The notes: generated by a model not told the origin, from the letters alone. Counted from the stretch's first letter, positions 21,541 to 32,290 are shown. The stretch: 64,000 nt of DNA from Spirochaetia bacterium (GCA_034520965.1 JAXHMY010000008.1:1-64000), one strand, 5' to 3'. A program made the numbers and translations.

Positions 21541-23678
21541 TATATTTTGTAGATTTCAAAACCACGATAAGTTTTACCACAAATTTTCTTAGCAGACTTT
21601 TTTACTTTATATTCTTCAATTCCCATAGATACATTCTGAATCTTCCGAGCTACGCTCGCCTTAGTGGCATTAGGTGTTTTATAGTGTTCTCTATACTTAT
21701 TTGTAATCTCCTCACTGGTTTTAAATATTTCATCGCTATGAGCATCAATAAATAGGTCCTCTAAAAACTCTTTCATCATCGTGGTTTCTGTAGACAGTTC
21801 CTTATCTCCGGTTGAGAGGCCAAAATCAAACTCTTCTACGTCCGGGAAAAAAGTTGATACCAACTCAGATATTGTCTCTGCCCATTTCGGGAATTTAGGA
21901 GGAGCAACATAAGTATACTCTTCCTTTAATTCATTAACGTGCTCTATATGGTAGAGGATGTCTGCCAATACTTTCTTCCTATTCTTCTTAATTACGTCCA
22001 ATGATTTGGCAATCTTTTTCTTCTCCTCACTATCTACACTATAGGTATCTCGCATACGAATAGTAAGTATACGATTGAGAATATCATCATTGAAGGCGTT
22101 CTCATCATTGAATGTGGCAAAATAGGTTTTATTGTTGCGAACTCTGCTGTGGGAGATGTTCATAAACCATGCAGGGATCTCTACATCGGTAACAGTCTTA
22201 GTGATATTGAGCATCTGATTGTGAGTTGTGTATTGAAGGTTATCATAGAGAACATACTTATTCGCAAGGGACCTTATTCCGCTAATTTGAGCCTCATCAT
22301 TATGTCCGTCAAACTCTATATTTTGAACTCCTTGGATAATTTTAGTAAGGGCTCTTACTGCCTGGGACTTACCACTTGATTTGGTTTGTGCAATCACAGA
22401 GAAAAGTGGTTTCTCTCCGTCAAATCTACTGTCCAAGAAGGCAGATAAAAGTCCTGCTGCGAAGCGATAACGATCTTTCTCCTCTTCGACTGTAATAAGG
22501 TCCAGTGCTTTTCTAAACCATCCATTGTTCTCAGCGGTTATATTCTCGGGAATATAGACCGTATCGTTCATATTTTTAATTTCAGGCAGGTAGGAAAACC
22601 TTCTGTAGGACTCGATACTATGTTTAAACCAGGTCATATACTTTCTCTCAGTGATGTTGGTAGTTGACCTGAAATCGAGTGTATAGCCTTCTTTCATCAA
22701 CTCTACATAAAACTCCTCAGAGGAGGAAATGAAAGTCTCTGGCTTTTCTTTCATAAAGAGAAATCTCTTACCACTTCCATCTATAAAAGTAGAGAATAGT
22801 TTCTTCGGCTCTTCCATATCCTGGGTAAACTCGAGGTAGGGATATTGTTTGGTGAAGGTTGTGACAGCACCACTTTTACTTGTGGTCTGAAACTCCTTCT
22901 CATAATAATTTTGAATGGTTTTATTCTTTGGGAGGGTCTTTGCCGGTCCATTTGCTTCATTCTTAAAGGCACTCTTTATACACTTTTCGACCTGATCTTC
23001 AGATAGAGGGGCATCAATACTGTTGTTGATGGAGTGTAGGAGTGTTCGAGTCTCCTCTTCGGTATTCCCACCGTTTCTTAAAGAGCAGGCGTACCGATAA
23101 ATTTGATCATCTCTATTTCCGGTAGTGATCTGATTTACCGGCAGCATTTCAGATTGTCCTTGATTTACCTCCACATCATAGAGATCCTGCTTTATTGACT
23201 TACCCCTATTGTGGATTACTTTGGCATTTGGACTGCCAAAAAAAAGCCGGGAGGCATCCTTTACCTGTGGGTCAAAAAATCTATACTTTGTAGTTAGTTT
23301 TCTTAGCCAAAGTTCCAATTCTTCAGCACTACTAAGAGGTTTTACCGGGAAGTAGACATGAAATTTATCCCGTGGTTTAGCTCCATTCTTCTCCTTCTGG
23401 TGAGATTTAGAGGTAACGAGATAGTATTCATATTCGTGAAACAGTGTGCGAAATCTCGATATAGTCACCCACTCGCTTTCATCTTCTGAATGGGTATTAT
23501 CAATATCTGCGTAGAGAACATCACAATACTCAAAGTTGGCTTTCTTACGATACCCGCTGGTAAACTTCACCATTGTATGGTTGTACTGTACTACCTCTTT
23601 CAATCCCTCTTCACTATCTATATTCACTTCTTTATCGAAGGTAGTGATATCTGATTTTTTGTTATAATATAATTGCAT
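21540..23678 (-). CDS. Primase-helicase (AEP-like, PriCT-1, P-loop NTPase)
   Basis: YADIDN, TSKSH, KFHVYFP, FDPQVKDASRLFF; PriCT GNRDDQIYRYACSL...PLSEDQVEKCIKSA; Walker A-like KSSGKS. Confidence 0.8.
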   Translation of the reverse strand: MQLYYNKKSDITTFDKEVNIDSEEGLKEVVQYNHTMVKFTSGYRKKANFEYCDVLYADIDNTHSEDESEWVTISRFRTLFHEYEYYLVTSKSHQKEKNGAKPRDKFHVYFPVKPLSSAEELELWLRKLTTKYRFFDPQVKDASRLFFGSPNAKVIHNRGKSIKQDLYDVEVNQGQSEMLPVNQITTGNRDDQIYRYACSLRNGGNTEEETRTLLHSINNSIDAPLSEDQVEKCIKSAFKNEANGPAKTLPKNKTIQNYYEKEFQTTSKSGAVTTFTKQYPYLEFTQDMEEPKKLFSTFIDGSGKRFLFMKEKPETFISSSEEFYVELMKEGYTLDFRSTTNITERKYMTWFKHSIESYRRFSYLPEIKNMNDTVYIPENITAENNGWFRKALDLITVEEEKDRYRFAAGLLSAFLDSRFDGEKPLFSVIAQTKSSGKSQAVRALTKIIQGVQNIEFDGHNDEAQISGIRSLANKYVLYDNLQYTTHNQMLNITKTVTDVEIPAWFMNISHSRVRNNKTYFATFNDENAFNDDILNRILTIRMRDTYSVDSEEKKKIAKSLDVIKKNRKKVLADILYHIEHVNELKEEYTYVAPPKFPKWAETISELVSTFFPDVEEFDFGLSTGDKELSTETTMMKEFLEDLFIDAHSDEIFKTSEEITNKYREHYKTPNATKASVARKIQNVSMGIEEYKVKKSAKKICGKTYRGFEIYKI

Positions 23679-23930
23679 ACCTTTACTCCTTATAAATGCT
23701 TTATTGGGGGAGAATGTGTAAAGATATGTGTCTCTTATGTGTATACGTGTTTAGAAGACTGGATAGCATCTTCCTTTGATGTTGTCAGTGTCCTTATCGT
23801 AATATGTATTGTAACCTTCCATTTCAGTCTATCCAAAACTCACAATCAGATTCCTCATCAAATTGTGTTTTTGTCTCTTTCACCTCCTATAAAATATTTC
23901 TGTTCCTTTTTTTGATCCTCCTTTTTCACA

Positions 23931-24038
23931 AAAAAAGACCAATAAATCTGCCACCTCGTTAGAGGTCCGTATCGACAGACTATTGGCCTTTGGTAAAGGT
24001 ATGTAGGTCAATGATACGGAAACTAACCTATATACCTT
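23931..24038 (-). ncRNA. Candidate structured leader RNA (two hairpins, loop-bulge pseudoknot, terminator) upstream of the primase
   Basis: Minus strand: 15-bp stem with loop UCCGUAUC; second stem with bulge GAUACGGA ending in a U-tract; G-U pairs favour the minus strand. Confidence 0.55.
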
Positions 24039-24456
24039 GTTTAAATTATTTCTATAAAAACATGCTTCTCTTTTAGCATTTCTAAAAAATGCCCACAGAA
24101 GAAGTGGATATGTTACCTTTAGATAAGCATGCTTCCGGTCCTTGTTTTATTAAAAACTTATCTTCTGACCCACTTTTCTTATGTCCAAGTACATTTCCAT
24201 ATACCACTCTTAAATATCTTCTTTTTCAAAATTGTACATAGAAACCTATATGTGAAGAAAAAGCGCTTAAAGATTTCAGACTGAATTAAGAGTGTTTGGT
24301 TCATATGTTAGGTAAACGGTTTATTCTCTATGAGCTCCTCCTCAACCTGTATTTATCTTCTAGAAATATGCTTTAAAGGTGTAAAAATTTGAAAAAAAAT
24401 CAAAAAGTTTTGTATTTTTTAGGAGAGTCTAAAAACCTACTATCATATGTATATGA

Positions 24457-24825
24457 TTGAATACTTGTTGCTTTTACTTTGCCTTAAAAGAAGAAGCAAA
24501 ACTGATAGCCATTCACAATGAATTGATGTTGGCAGAAGTTAGAGAGGGAAGGAAGTTCACTGAGGCGTCAGAGATACACATTGATGCGCATCTCCCGGCC
24601 AGTTTATATATCCCAATTGGAAAGCACCTTGAAATACATAATAAAGGGCTAAAAGTGATCAGCTGTATGCCCAGCCCTTCAGAAGTAGAAGCAGAGACAA
24701 TTAAGGAAACATTTAATGAGGTGTTACAAGGTAATCTGGAGCATTGGAGTGGAATGTATGTTGGGAAAATAACTATGAGACAGATTGCCTCTGTGGGGGT
24801 ATCGAAATCTGTAAATATGCAATAG
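24457..24825 (+). CDS. Hypothetical protein
   Basis: ORF only. Confidence 0.4.
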   Translation: MNTCCFYFALKEEAKLIAIHNELMLAEVREGRKFTEASEIHIDAHLPASLYIPIGKHLEIHNKGLKVISCMPSPSEVEAETIKETFNEVLQGNLEHWSGMYVGKITMRQIASVGVSKSVNMQ

Positions 24826-24867
24826 GAAAAGACAAATGCTGTTTCTAAAGAGATCGTAGTATTAGGT

Positions 24868-25356
24868 TCAGTCTAGTATATCGGGGTAGACGGATGTTAG
24901 AGGCCTAAACCAAATGGGCTCAGTGTCCCGGTAAGAAATTTTGATGTATTGGGACGGGAATTGGTTTTTCTGTAAGATAAGAAGGAGGGATAGCAAAGTT
25001 TGAATCCCTCCTATGATAAAGAAGGTTATATGGAGATAGTGGACAGCCCATAGCATGTAGCATTGAATTACTATCCATGCTATTAAGACTCCACCCATGA
25101 AACCACTGTAATAACCCTAATAATTCCATTTTCTGATTGCAGTGATGCCTGCGGCTATATTCATCAAGCCGATCACTATGAAGAGGAATAGACCAGGTAT
25201 GAAAAAATCATCAAACGGAGCATTTTTCAGCATTTTAGAAGCCTCTGCATCCATTGATGCGAGTGTAGGATCAGGCATACCTAAATAGCCTCCGGCTAAG
25301 GCTCCAATGCCCACAAAAAAATGTATGATTATCAGTAGAGTTATTACTGGTTTCAT
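24868..25356 (-). CDS. Small multi-pass membrane protein (frameshifted)
   Basis: FVGIGALAGG...PFDDFFIPGLFLF...GGVLIAWIVIQ across ORFs 25117-25356 and 24868-25098. Confidence 0.65.
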
Positions 25357-25365
25357 GTGCTGAGA

Positions 25366-25650
25366 CTATTCTATGCGTTCAATTTTATTCCAGCGGATAG
25401 ACTTTGGCTTACCTTTTACAGTAACTCCGACAGATTTGGTACTAATCTTCTCAACTTGTGCTTTCTGTTCTTGTCCTTTCTCTTTCCATACGGCAGTCGA
25501 ACTGAGAGTAGTGGATTTCATGAGTTCTTCTAATTTCTCATTTTCTGCTTCCTGCTCGAGTTGTTGCTTCTTTTCCGTAAGTTCTTGAATCTGCTGTTCC
25601 AACTCTTCTAATTGTTGTTGTTTGGTTTTGGCCATTACCTTGTCCTCCAA
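25366..25650 (-). CDS. Hypothetical coiled-coil protein
   Basis: Q/E/K-rich N-terminus; GGAGG before internal ATG. Confidence 0.55.
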   Translation of the reverse strand: MEDKVMAKTKQQQLEELEQQIQELTEKKQQLEQEAENEKLEELMKSTTLSSTAVWKEKGQEQKAQVEKISTKSVGVTVKGKPKSIRWNKIERIE

Positions 25651-25794
25651 TAATAAGATTTTATACTCAATGATAGTATGGATTGAGAGTTTTGACTATA
25701 ACTTTTTTGTCAGGAAAGTACTTCTATATTGTAATATTTAATTTAGCTAATAGCAGTTAAAAAACTATCAATAAAAAAAAATATAACATTTTGC

Positions 25795-26476
25795 TTAATC
25801 TGCTGTTTCATCAATAACAATTTTAGCTCCTTCAGTACTATATCGTGCTTTTGTAATTTCGATGTTATCGGCTAGTTTTCTTATGATAGCCTCATTTTTA
25901 TCAGATATTCTATTGCCTAATATTATCCTTGAGATTTTATTATCTAACTGATAAAAAATTTCATTATATAACAATCTGTATTCTTGCTCATATTCCCAGT
26001 CTTTTGTTTTCCTAGTAAATATTCGAAACGCGATCTCTTTATTTATTTTTTCAGAAGAAACATTCTTTAGTTCAGGTTCATATTTAATCTTATAGAATTT
26101 ACCATATTCATACTCTCCATTTTCTGCGATCAGATGGTCGGGTATATCAAATTCTATAGTAATACCCTTATGTCCATCAGCATACAAGGACCACATAACA
26201 ACATTGTCACCGGTTGAAGATAAACTACAAATTAGTATTTCTTCGCCATAGTTACTAATAGCAGATAAATTATCTCGATATGAATTGGGTTGACCTACGA
26301 TAAATGGTATGACCCGTGGCAGTGTGCTCCCTTGACCATTATTAAGTATTTTATTGAATTGCCCTTCGAATGGATCTATTAAGTTTAGAATAGCGAGCAC
26401 AATATAGTTTGTTTTCTACTAAGATGTCATATATAAATTCATAATTTGCTAAAGTCCGGTACTTATATAGTTTCAT
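25795..26476 (-). CDS. DUF2971-like protein (frameshift near 5' end)
   Basis: LYKYR start; CSLS...VMWSLYADGHKGITIEF; KTKDWEYEQEYR. Confidence 0.75.
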
Positions 26477-26555
26477 ATGTAATTTCACCTTTGGTCTTTA
26501 TTATTACTAAAAGCATATAGAAAATTATTCACCTGTTGATGACTCATATTTTAGA

Positions 26556-27929
26556 CTATTCAAACCTCATATCATTGAGTTTCCAGTATATATCAGTATT
26601 CTTAAGGTCTTCGTTTTCCTGAATCAATTCCCAGGCATTTTTACCTTCTTTATTTGTGACACTTGGATCTGCACCTGCAGAAAGTAATGTCTCAACAACA
26701 GAAGTGTTAGAATTATGCTTAACCGCTTCTAGAAGTGCTGTATTGCCATTGTCCGCTTTTTTCGATAGATTTGCCCCATTGTGAAGTAGTATATTGATAA
26801 TCTTTGGACTATCTGTACTTCTTGCAGCAACAATAAGGGGAGTGTAATTGTGATAATCTCCTAATGAGATTCTCACGCCGTTATCTAATAGGGTTTGTAT
26901 AATTTTCGGATCATTAGTACTTCTAACAGCAGTAACCAATAAAGGAATACCTGGCATAACAACAGCAGATGATACATCTGCACCTGCTTCTAAGAGTGTT
27001 ATAATTAGATCATAGTTTTCATTATAAACAGCCCAATATAGTGAAGTTTCTCTTGTAAATTTTTCATATGCATTTACATCAGCACCTTTTTTTATCAATA
27101 ACTTAGCTATTTCAACATTCTGATTATATTCAGCGGCAACCATCAACGCTGTGTAGTCATCAGCATTTCTTGCGCTTATATCTGCACCAGAATCAATAAG
27201 TAAGCTTATTAAATTTGGATTATCAGTCTTACTTGCGGCTAACATGAGAGGGGTATCGCCATCATTATTTCTTGCAGAGATATTCGCTCCTGATTCCAAC
27301 AAAGCTTTTACTATACCAATTTCATCATTATTCAGAATTGCAAGCATTAGGGATGTGGTTCCATTCTCAAGTCTGTCAGTAACGTTCGCACCATTATCAA
27401 TAAGTAGTTGAATTATATCCGGATCAGTTCTATATATTGAAGCAAACATCAATGGCGTGTATCCATCGTTATTCCTATCGTTTATTTTTGAACCTGCGTC
27501 TAATAACAATTTAATTATTTCTGGATTTTTATTATCAGTTATTGCATACATTAGAGGAGTCATCCCAAACTGGTTTTTCTTTAAAAAATCTGCTCCTAAG
27601 TTGAGTAATAAATCTATAACTTCAGGTTTTTTATTACTCATAGCGGCAATCATAAGAGAAGTACTCTCAAATTTGTTTTCATAATTTATATCAACCCCTT
27701 CTTTGATCAGTGTTCTTATAATCTGCACTCTACTAACCTTAGAGGCATACATAAGAGGGGTATTTCCATTTTTATCTTTTGCCGATACATCATTTTCTTT
27801 CAAATATTCTGTTAAATTATCAACCGTCATCTTTTCCCAGGTCTGTAAATCCAACTTTGGCCAGCTATCATTAGCATATATGTGCATGGTCAAAGAAAAC
27901 AGGATTACTACAAATAACATTTTTTTCAT
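26556..27929 (-). CDS. Secreted ankyrin-repeat protein
   Basis: Signal peptide; about 11 G.TPLM.A...LL..GAD repeats. Confidence 0.9.
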   Translation of the reverse strand: MKKMLFVVILFSLTMHIYANDSWPKLDLQTWEKMTVDNLTEYLKENDVSAKDKNGNTPLMYASKVSRVQIIRTLIKEGVDINYENKFESTSLMIAAMSNKKPEVIDLLLNLGADFLKKNQFGMTPLMYAITDNKNPEIIKLLLDAGSKINDRNNDGYTPLMFASIYRTDPDIIQLLIDNGANVTDRLENGTTSLMLAILNNDEIGIVKALLESGANISARNNDGDTPLMLAASKTDNPNLISLLIDSGADISARNADDYTALMVAAEYNQNVEIAKLLIKKGADVNAYEKFTRETSLYWAVYNENYDLIITLLEAGADVSSAVVMPGIPLLVTAVRSTNDPKIIQTLLDNGVRISLGDYHNYTPLIVAARSTDSPKIINILLHNGANLSKKADNGNTALLEAVKHNSNTSVVETLLSAGADPSVTNKEGKNAWELIQENEDLKNTDIYWKLNDMRFE

Positions 27930-28291
27930 GCTGGAACTCCAATTTAATAATACTGTTGGATCAGTGTGTTAGTTTTTTATACATACAGTACAACGTTTAA
28001 TGTGGGTAGTTTAACATTGAATATTTTAATAGGATAGCTAAATTAGGATAGAAATAGAAATTAAACCAGTTGCGATTTTACATGGTTGTATAATACTTGT
28101 AACTATCCGAGCCCACGGTCCCAGTCGGAGAAGTTTAAAACCATATCTCATCATTTGCGTATAGTCTATAAGAGACAGTATAACTACGGGGTTTAGGATC
28201 GACAAAAAACCTGATTAAAATACTTTTATTCTTCCTAAGGGCGTGTTATTCTGACTGGTTTGCTGCTCAAACCGTAGGGAGATACAATTGA

Positions 28292-28768
28292 ATGAAAAGC
28301 TATGCCTATCATGAAGCTGGACACACGATAGTGGCACAACACCTCGGATTGCCAGTGGAATATACTACGATTGATGAAGAGGTTTCACCATTAGTAGCAA
28401 CAAAGACTATACGGCTGAACGATTACTTCGATGAAGATGCATTGATGATTGGTAGGCTAAAAGCAAGAGGAAAAGAGTCCCTGGAAAGAGAGGATTATAG
28501 AATGTTCTATTCCATGCTTCTCTTCAAACTTGCCGGGTATGTAGCAGTAGAACTGGCTGATGAGGAGATGGTCAACGAGAAAAAGCACTATGATGAAGAT
28601 CGGGTGTTTGCCTTTAATATACTCAATCATCTTGAGAAGGGAATTGCCGAAATAAGGTATGAGAAGATGCGAAGGATAGCCGAGAAGATTCTACGACACA
28701 AGTGGGAAGAAGTTGAATCCTTGGCTAAGAGGCTTATGGAAGAGAGGACAGTCTATTTTTCAGATTGA
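28292..28768 (+). CDS. Stand-alone M41-like HExxH metallopeptidase domain
   Basis: AYHEAGHTIVA...LAGYVA...WEEVESLAKRL. Confidence 0.65.
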   Translation: MKSYAYHEAGHTIVAQHLGLPVEYTTIDEEVSPLVATKTIRLNDYFDEDALMIGRLKARGKESLEREDYRMFYSMLLFKLAGYVAVELADEEMVNEKKHYDEDRVFAFNILNHLEKGIAEIRYEKMRRIAEKILRHKWEEVESLAKRLMEERTVYFSD

Positions 28769-28820
28769 GCATAGCGAACTGAATTGATAATATGGAGTAA
28801 ATCTACAAGGAGATCGTGAA

Positions 28821-29057
28821 ATGCGATACGTGGAACTGAACAACAAGTATGAAATAAAAGTAGTGATCGAAGAGATAAGGAATAAGTATAAAGACCTATC
28901 GAAAATATTGATCCCAAGTGAACGGGAAACCACGGTAAGGGGGGATTTAGTTGTTACTCTCTACTACAATTTCGAACCGTCTATGAAGGTAGAAGGTGAG
29001 GGAGATGTAATCAATCAATTTATTGAGCGGTTAGAAGAGGAGAAGAAAGGGTATTGA
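28821..29057 (+). CDS. Hypothetical protein
   Basis: ORF with AGGAG RBS. Confidence 0.5.
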   Translation: MRYVELNNKYEIKVVIEEIRNKYKDLSKILIPSERETTVRGDLVVTLYYNFEPSMKVEGEGDVINQFIERLEEEKKGY

Positions 29058-29067
29058 GCCCTTGGAC

Positions 29068-29430
29068 TCATTTGACCAATTCTACTTCGGGATGAAAGAG
29101 AGTGGTAATGAATAGCCTTTTGATGGCAGAGGTAGCCTTTTCAACTTTTACATATTCAAACTCATTATCCTCCGGCTGCTCTATTGCTCCCTGTGCGTTC
29201 TCCCATGTCAGATGAGTCAGACGCTTGTCTATGATTTCTACATAGTGGGATTCTAATTGCTCTAATGGATCCTTCAACTTCGGGAGGAATCCATAGATTG
29301 ATATTATGAAATCGGGTCTTTTCTCTGAGAGGTGATAGAGGGTAACATCTGCCTGTTCAGATCCCTCCATCGGTGTTCCTTCGTGTATATATACCATGCT
29401 CATAGAATTATCTTTCCTCTTCCTCGTCAT
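29068..29430 (-). CDS. Hypothetical protein
   Basis: ORF overlapping the integrase end. Confidence 0.5.
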   Translation of the reverse strand: MTRKRKDNSMSMVYIHEGTPMEGSEQADVTLYHLSEKRPDFIISIYGFLPKLKDPLEQLESHYVEIIDKRLTHLTWENAQGAIEQPEDNEFEYVKVEKATSAIKRLFITTLFHPEVELVK

Positions 29431-30567
29431 TTGTATTGTTTGAGAAAAGGTTTTCTACAATAGTGGCTTGATCTTTGAGATGTTCTATCTGCCAATGGGT
29501 ATAATTATCCTGTATAGCCTCTCCACTCCAAACCTAATGCTGCTCTAATCTTAGCAGGATCTTGTTCCGGCATTACGGAGTAGGGTATTGAGGGTATGAC
29601 GGAATGAATGGGGTTTTAGGTGGCGTTTCTCATAGTCAATTTTTGCTCTGTCCATAGTATTTCGAAACCGTTTCTGCCACCATGTCCCTCCAAATCTCTG
29701 GCCATTGGCATAGCAAAATACGAGATCATCATCTTCTTTGGTATGTGATTCCTCCTTCAGTTTTAGAAGACTATCTTTGGTACGGTTGGAGATAGGAACA
29801 ATACGGGTTTTATTCCATTTGGGTTTACCGATTTCATCTCTGTCCTTCCATGCTTCTAATATATTAATGAAGGATTTATCAAAGGAGATGTTTTTCCATT
29901 TGAGAGCCAAAATCTCACTACGTCTCATTCCTGTAGTTGCTGCCAGTAGGAAACAAGTATAGTCATAGATGTCTTTCCATGGACCGAATGAATCAGGAGG
30001 GAATAGGTCTACAATTTCTTCCATTGTGAAGATACCGGTCACAGTAGATTCATAGCTTACCATTCCTATACCTACAGTAGGATCTCTCTCAATGTCCTCT
30101 CTGAGCAATGCTTCTTTAAAAATGGTTTTTACTGCTTTCATGACCTTGTTTGCGGTTGCTTCACTTAGCTTGATAAGAAGTCGTGAGCGGTAGTCAAGTA
30201 AATCTTTTCTCTTAATTTCCGCAAGTGTCTTTTGAGCAACTGGGTCCTTTAATAAATGATTTTCAATTCTGTTTCTCTCATTCTTCGCGTGATACTTTGT
30301 TACGCTCTTTTTCTCGTCTCTTAATCTACGTAAATGTGGACACTTATCCCAAATGAAGAAAGGAGCAGCATAGTCCTTAAGTGTTAAGTTTTTCGGGAGG
30401 TCTATGCGAGTATGGAGAATTTCTTCTGCCTTTTGTTCTGCTTGCCATTTAACCGTTTTACCGGTAGATTTTACGATTCGTTTACTACCTTCCCAATAGT
30501 AGAAATACCAGTAAGTTGCCCTTTTCTTTTCCTTTTAAATGAGAACGTAATCTTTTCGTGGAGCCAT
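29408..30567 (-). CDS. int: Tyrosine integrase of the island (frameshifted)
   Basis: N-terminal YWYFYY...KSTG arm domain; TTGMRRSEILALKW; KPK; PHSFRHT; IRAALG...NYTH; adjacent to tRNA 3' end. Confidence 0.88.
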
Positions 30568-30590
30568 TTCTAAACCTCTGCTCCACATTA

Positions 30591-30612
30591 TGTTGTAACT
30601 TTGTTGTAACTT
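30591..30612. other. Tandem TGTTGTAACTT x2, probable integrase arm-type sites
   Basis: 11-bp direct repeat between the integrase start and the tRNA. Confidence 0.45.
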
Positions 30613-30689
30613 CAAGTATTTTAGACATAAAAAAGACCACCCGTTTATTAGGATGGTCTATAATTATATATAATATAAGTAAATAAAAT

Positions 30690-30763
30690 TACGTCCAGCC
30701 CGACTCGAACGGGCGACCTACGGCTTAGAAGGCCGTTGCTCTATCCAGCTGAGCTATGGACGC
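30690..30763 (-). tRNA. tRNA-Arg (TCT); likely island integration site
   Basis: GCGTCCATAGCTCAGCTGGATAGAGCAACGGCCTTCTAAGCCGT...GTTCGAGTCGGGCTGGACGT cloverleaf. Confidence 0.97.
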
Positions 30764-30909
30764 ATAAAATTCGTTAGTTCAGCCCGATAAGCCCCTGAGC
30801 GAGACCCGACCCCCACAGAACACACTAAGTTGAATAATCCGCCGGGCCGAACAGCAGATTCAGCTGAAAGCCATTCCGGTAGAATAGCACGCAAGGGCAA
30901 TCGGAAAAA

Positions 30910-30982
30910 TCGGGGTGGCCGGACTCGAACCGGCGGTCTCCTGCTCCCAAAGCAGGCGCCTTAGCCACTAGGCTACACCCCG
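30910..30982 (-). tRNA. tRNA-Pro (TGG)
   Basis: CGGGGTGTAGCCTAGTGGCTAAGGCGCCTGCTTTGGGAGCAGG...GTTCGAGTCCGGCCACCCCG. Confidence 0.97.
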
Positions 30983-30997
30983 TAATAGGTGAGGCTT

Positions 30998-31026
30998 AGT
31001 ATATCTATTTCTAAAATGCTGGTCAA
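30998..31026 (-). promoter_or_regulatory. Sigma70 promoter of the tRNA-Pro/Arg operon
   Basis: TTGACC-17 nt-TATACT on the minus strand. Confidence 0.75.
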
Positions 31027-31083
31027 GATAGGCTTTTTGTCGACACAGGAATTCTGATTGAGCGGTACGAACTCGAAGATCCG

Positions 31084-31452
31084 GTGGCCGATGAATCCTC
31101 TGCTGCCCGGGGAAGCTACCAGCGGGAAGAGTTTGAAGTACTCTATTCCGATTTGACAGAGCGGGGGCTGGCATCTTATCAGGCTGCTCTTGAAGTTGGG
31201 GCTCTCATCGAAGACCTCGATATCGCCGATCTGCAGAAGCTGATTTCAGAGAGCAGTAACGCGGATGTAAAGGTGGTGTATCAAAACCTGGTGAAGGGCT
31301 CCCGCAATCATCTGCGCGCTTTCACCCGTCAACTGATGCGCTATGACGGAGAATATGTCCCGCAGTATATCACCAAAGCCGATTATCAGAAGATTATCAC
31401 CACTCGCAATGAAGCCGGGCTTATCACCGACCCGGACTTCTCCTTCGAGTAG
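31084..31452 (+). CDS. DUF2202-like ferritin-fold protein, apparently 5'-truncated
   Basis: ALEVGALIEDLDIADL...VYQNLVKGSRNHLRAF. Confidence 0.65.
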   Translation: MADESSAARGSYQREEFEVLYSDLTERGLASYQAALEVGALIEDLDIADLQKLISESSNADVKVVYQNLVKGSRNHLRAFTRQLMRYDGEYVPQYITKADYQKIITTRNEAGLITDPDFSFE

Positions 31453-31816
31453 CACGGCGGATTTTCGGCATTTGCCGGAATACTGCGACCTTATGAATTG
31501 GGGCCTGACCGCGGCTGAAATCGAAAAAATTATCGGCAGGCCCCTCGGACAGCCGACCCAGGCCCTGCGCGACTATTTTATAGAAAAGGGTATAGAGTTT
31601 TCAGAATACAAGAATGAGCTGCAAAGTCTCATTGATGCGTAGCAGTAGACCGGGGCGCTTGAAAGCACATTGGCTGACGGGATTGTGTGATATACCTTTC
31701 CGGTACTGCAAAAAAAAGTTGCGACGTCGCAACTTCTACTTAACAAATGTGGAGTGCAGGTAGTGTGTATCGCCGGGCCCCACTCAGCGGGCCCATTCGC
31801 CTATTTGCTTATTAGC

Positions 31817-32290
31817 TTACCCATTTTCAGGCAGCTTGGTTCCTTCATCATCCGGTTTGATAATTTTGCTCCACCCTTTGCTGTTGTATGTTTTATCAAG
31901 TAGTTCTGTTTCTGTAAAATGGGTAAGGTGTTTGAGACGCCGGGCAATTTCCGGGGAAATTACGTGTTCAATCCGGCAGGCGGTATCCTGTGCCTCTTCT
32001 ACCGGCAGGCAGAGAACTTTGTGCAGAAACCCGGCTACGGCGAAGTGGCGTTCAGTAACCGATTTAGCAATTTCCATGCCTCTTTCAGTCAGGACAATAT
32101 ACGAGTTTTTCTCATAGTTGACCAGGCCGCGTTCCTTAAGTGCCTTTAAGGCCGAGGTAACCGAGGGCATCTGTACATTCAGGGCGGCAGCGATATCTTT
32201 TACACGGGCTACCCGATTCTGTGTTTCCAGGGTGAGGATTGTTTCAAGATAATCTTCCATACTCGGTGAAAGTGGTACATCCGGGGTCAT
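31817..32290 (-). CDS. DtxR/MntR/TroR-family metal-dependent regulator
   Basis: SMEDYLETI...RVKDIA...PSVT...ACRIEH. Confidence 0.92.
   Translation of the reverse strand: MTPDVPLSPSMEDYLETILTLETQNRVARVKDIAAALNVQMPSVTSALKALKERGLVNYEKNSYIVLTERGMEIAKSVTERHFAVAGFLHKVLCLPVEEAQDTACRIEHVISPEIARRLKHLTHFTETELLDKTYNSKGWSKIIKPDDEGTKLPENG

Noticed and set aside
29408..30567. Island integrase as the integron integrase IntI
   Set aside because: It has an arm-binding N-terminus, lies next to a tRNA, shows no recognisable IntI-specific insertion, and is more than 22 kb from the array.
31343..31642. ORF 31343-31642 as an independent gene
   Set aside because: It overlaps the DUF2202-like gene and may be its frameshifted or read-through C-terminal domain; not resolvable from sequence alone.
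31716..31735. 20-bp perfect palindrome AAGTTGCGACGTCGCAACTT
   Set aside because: Single copy between convergent genes; cannot distinguish operator, terminator or repeat remnant.
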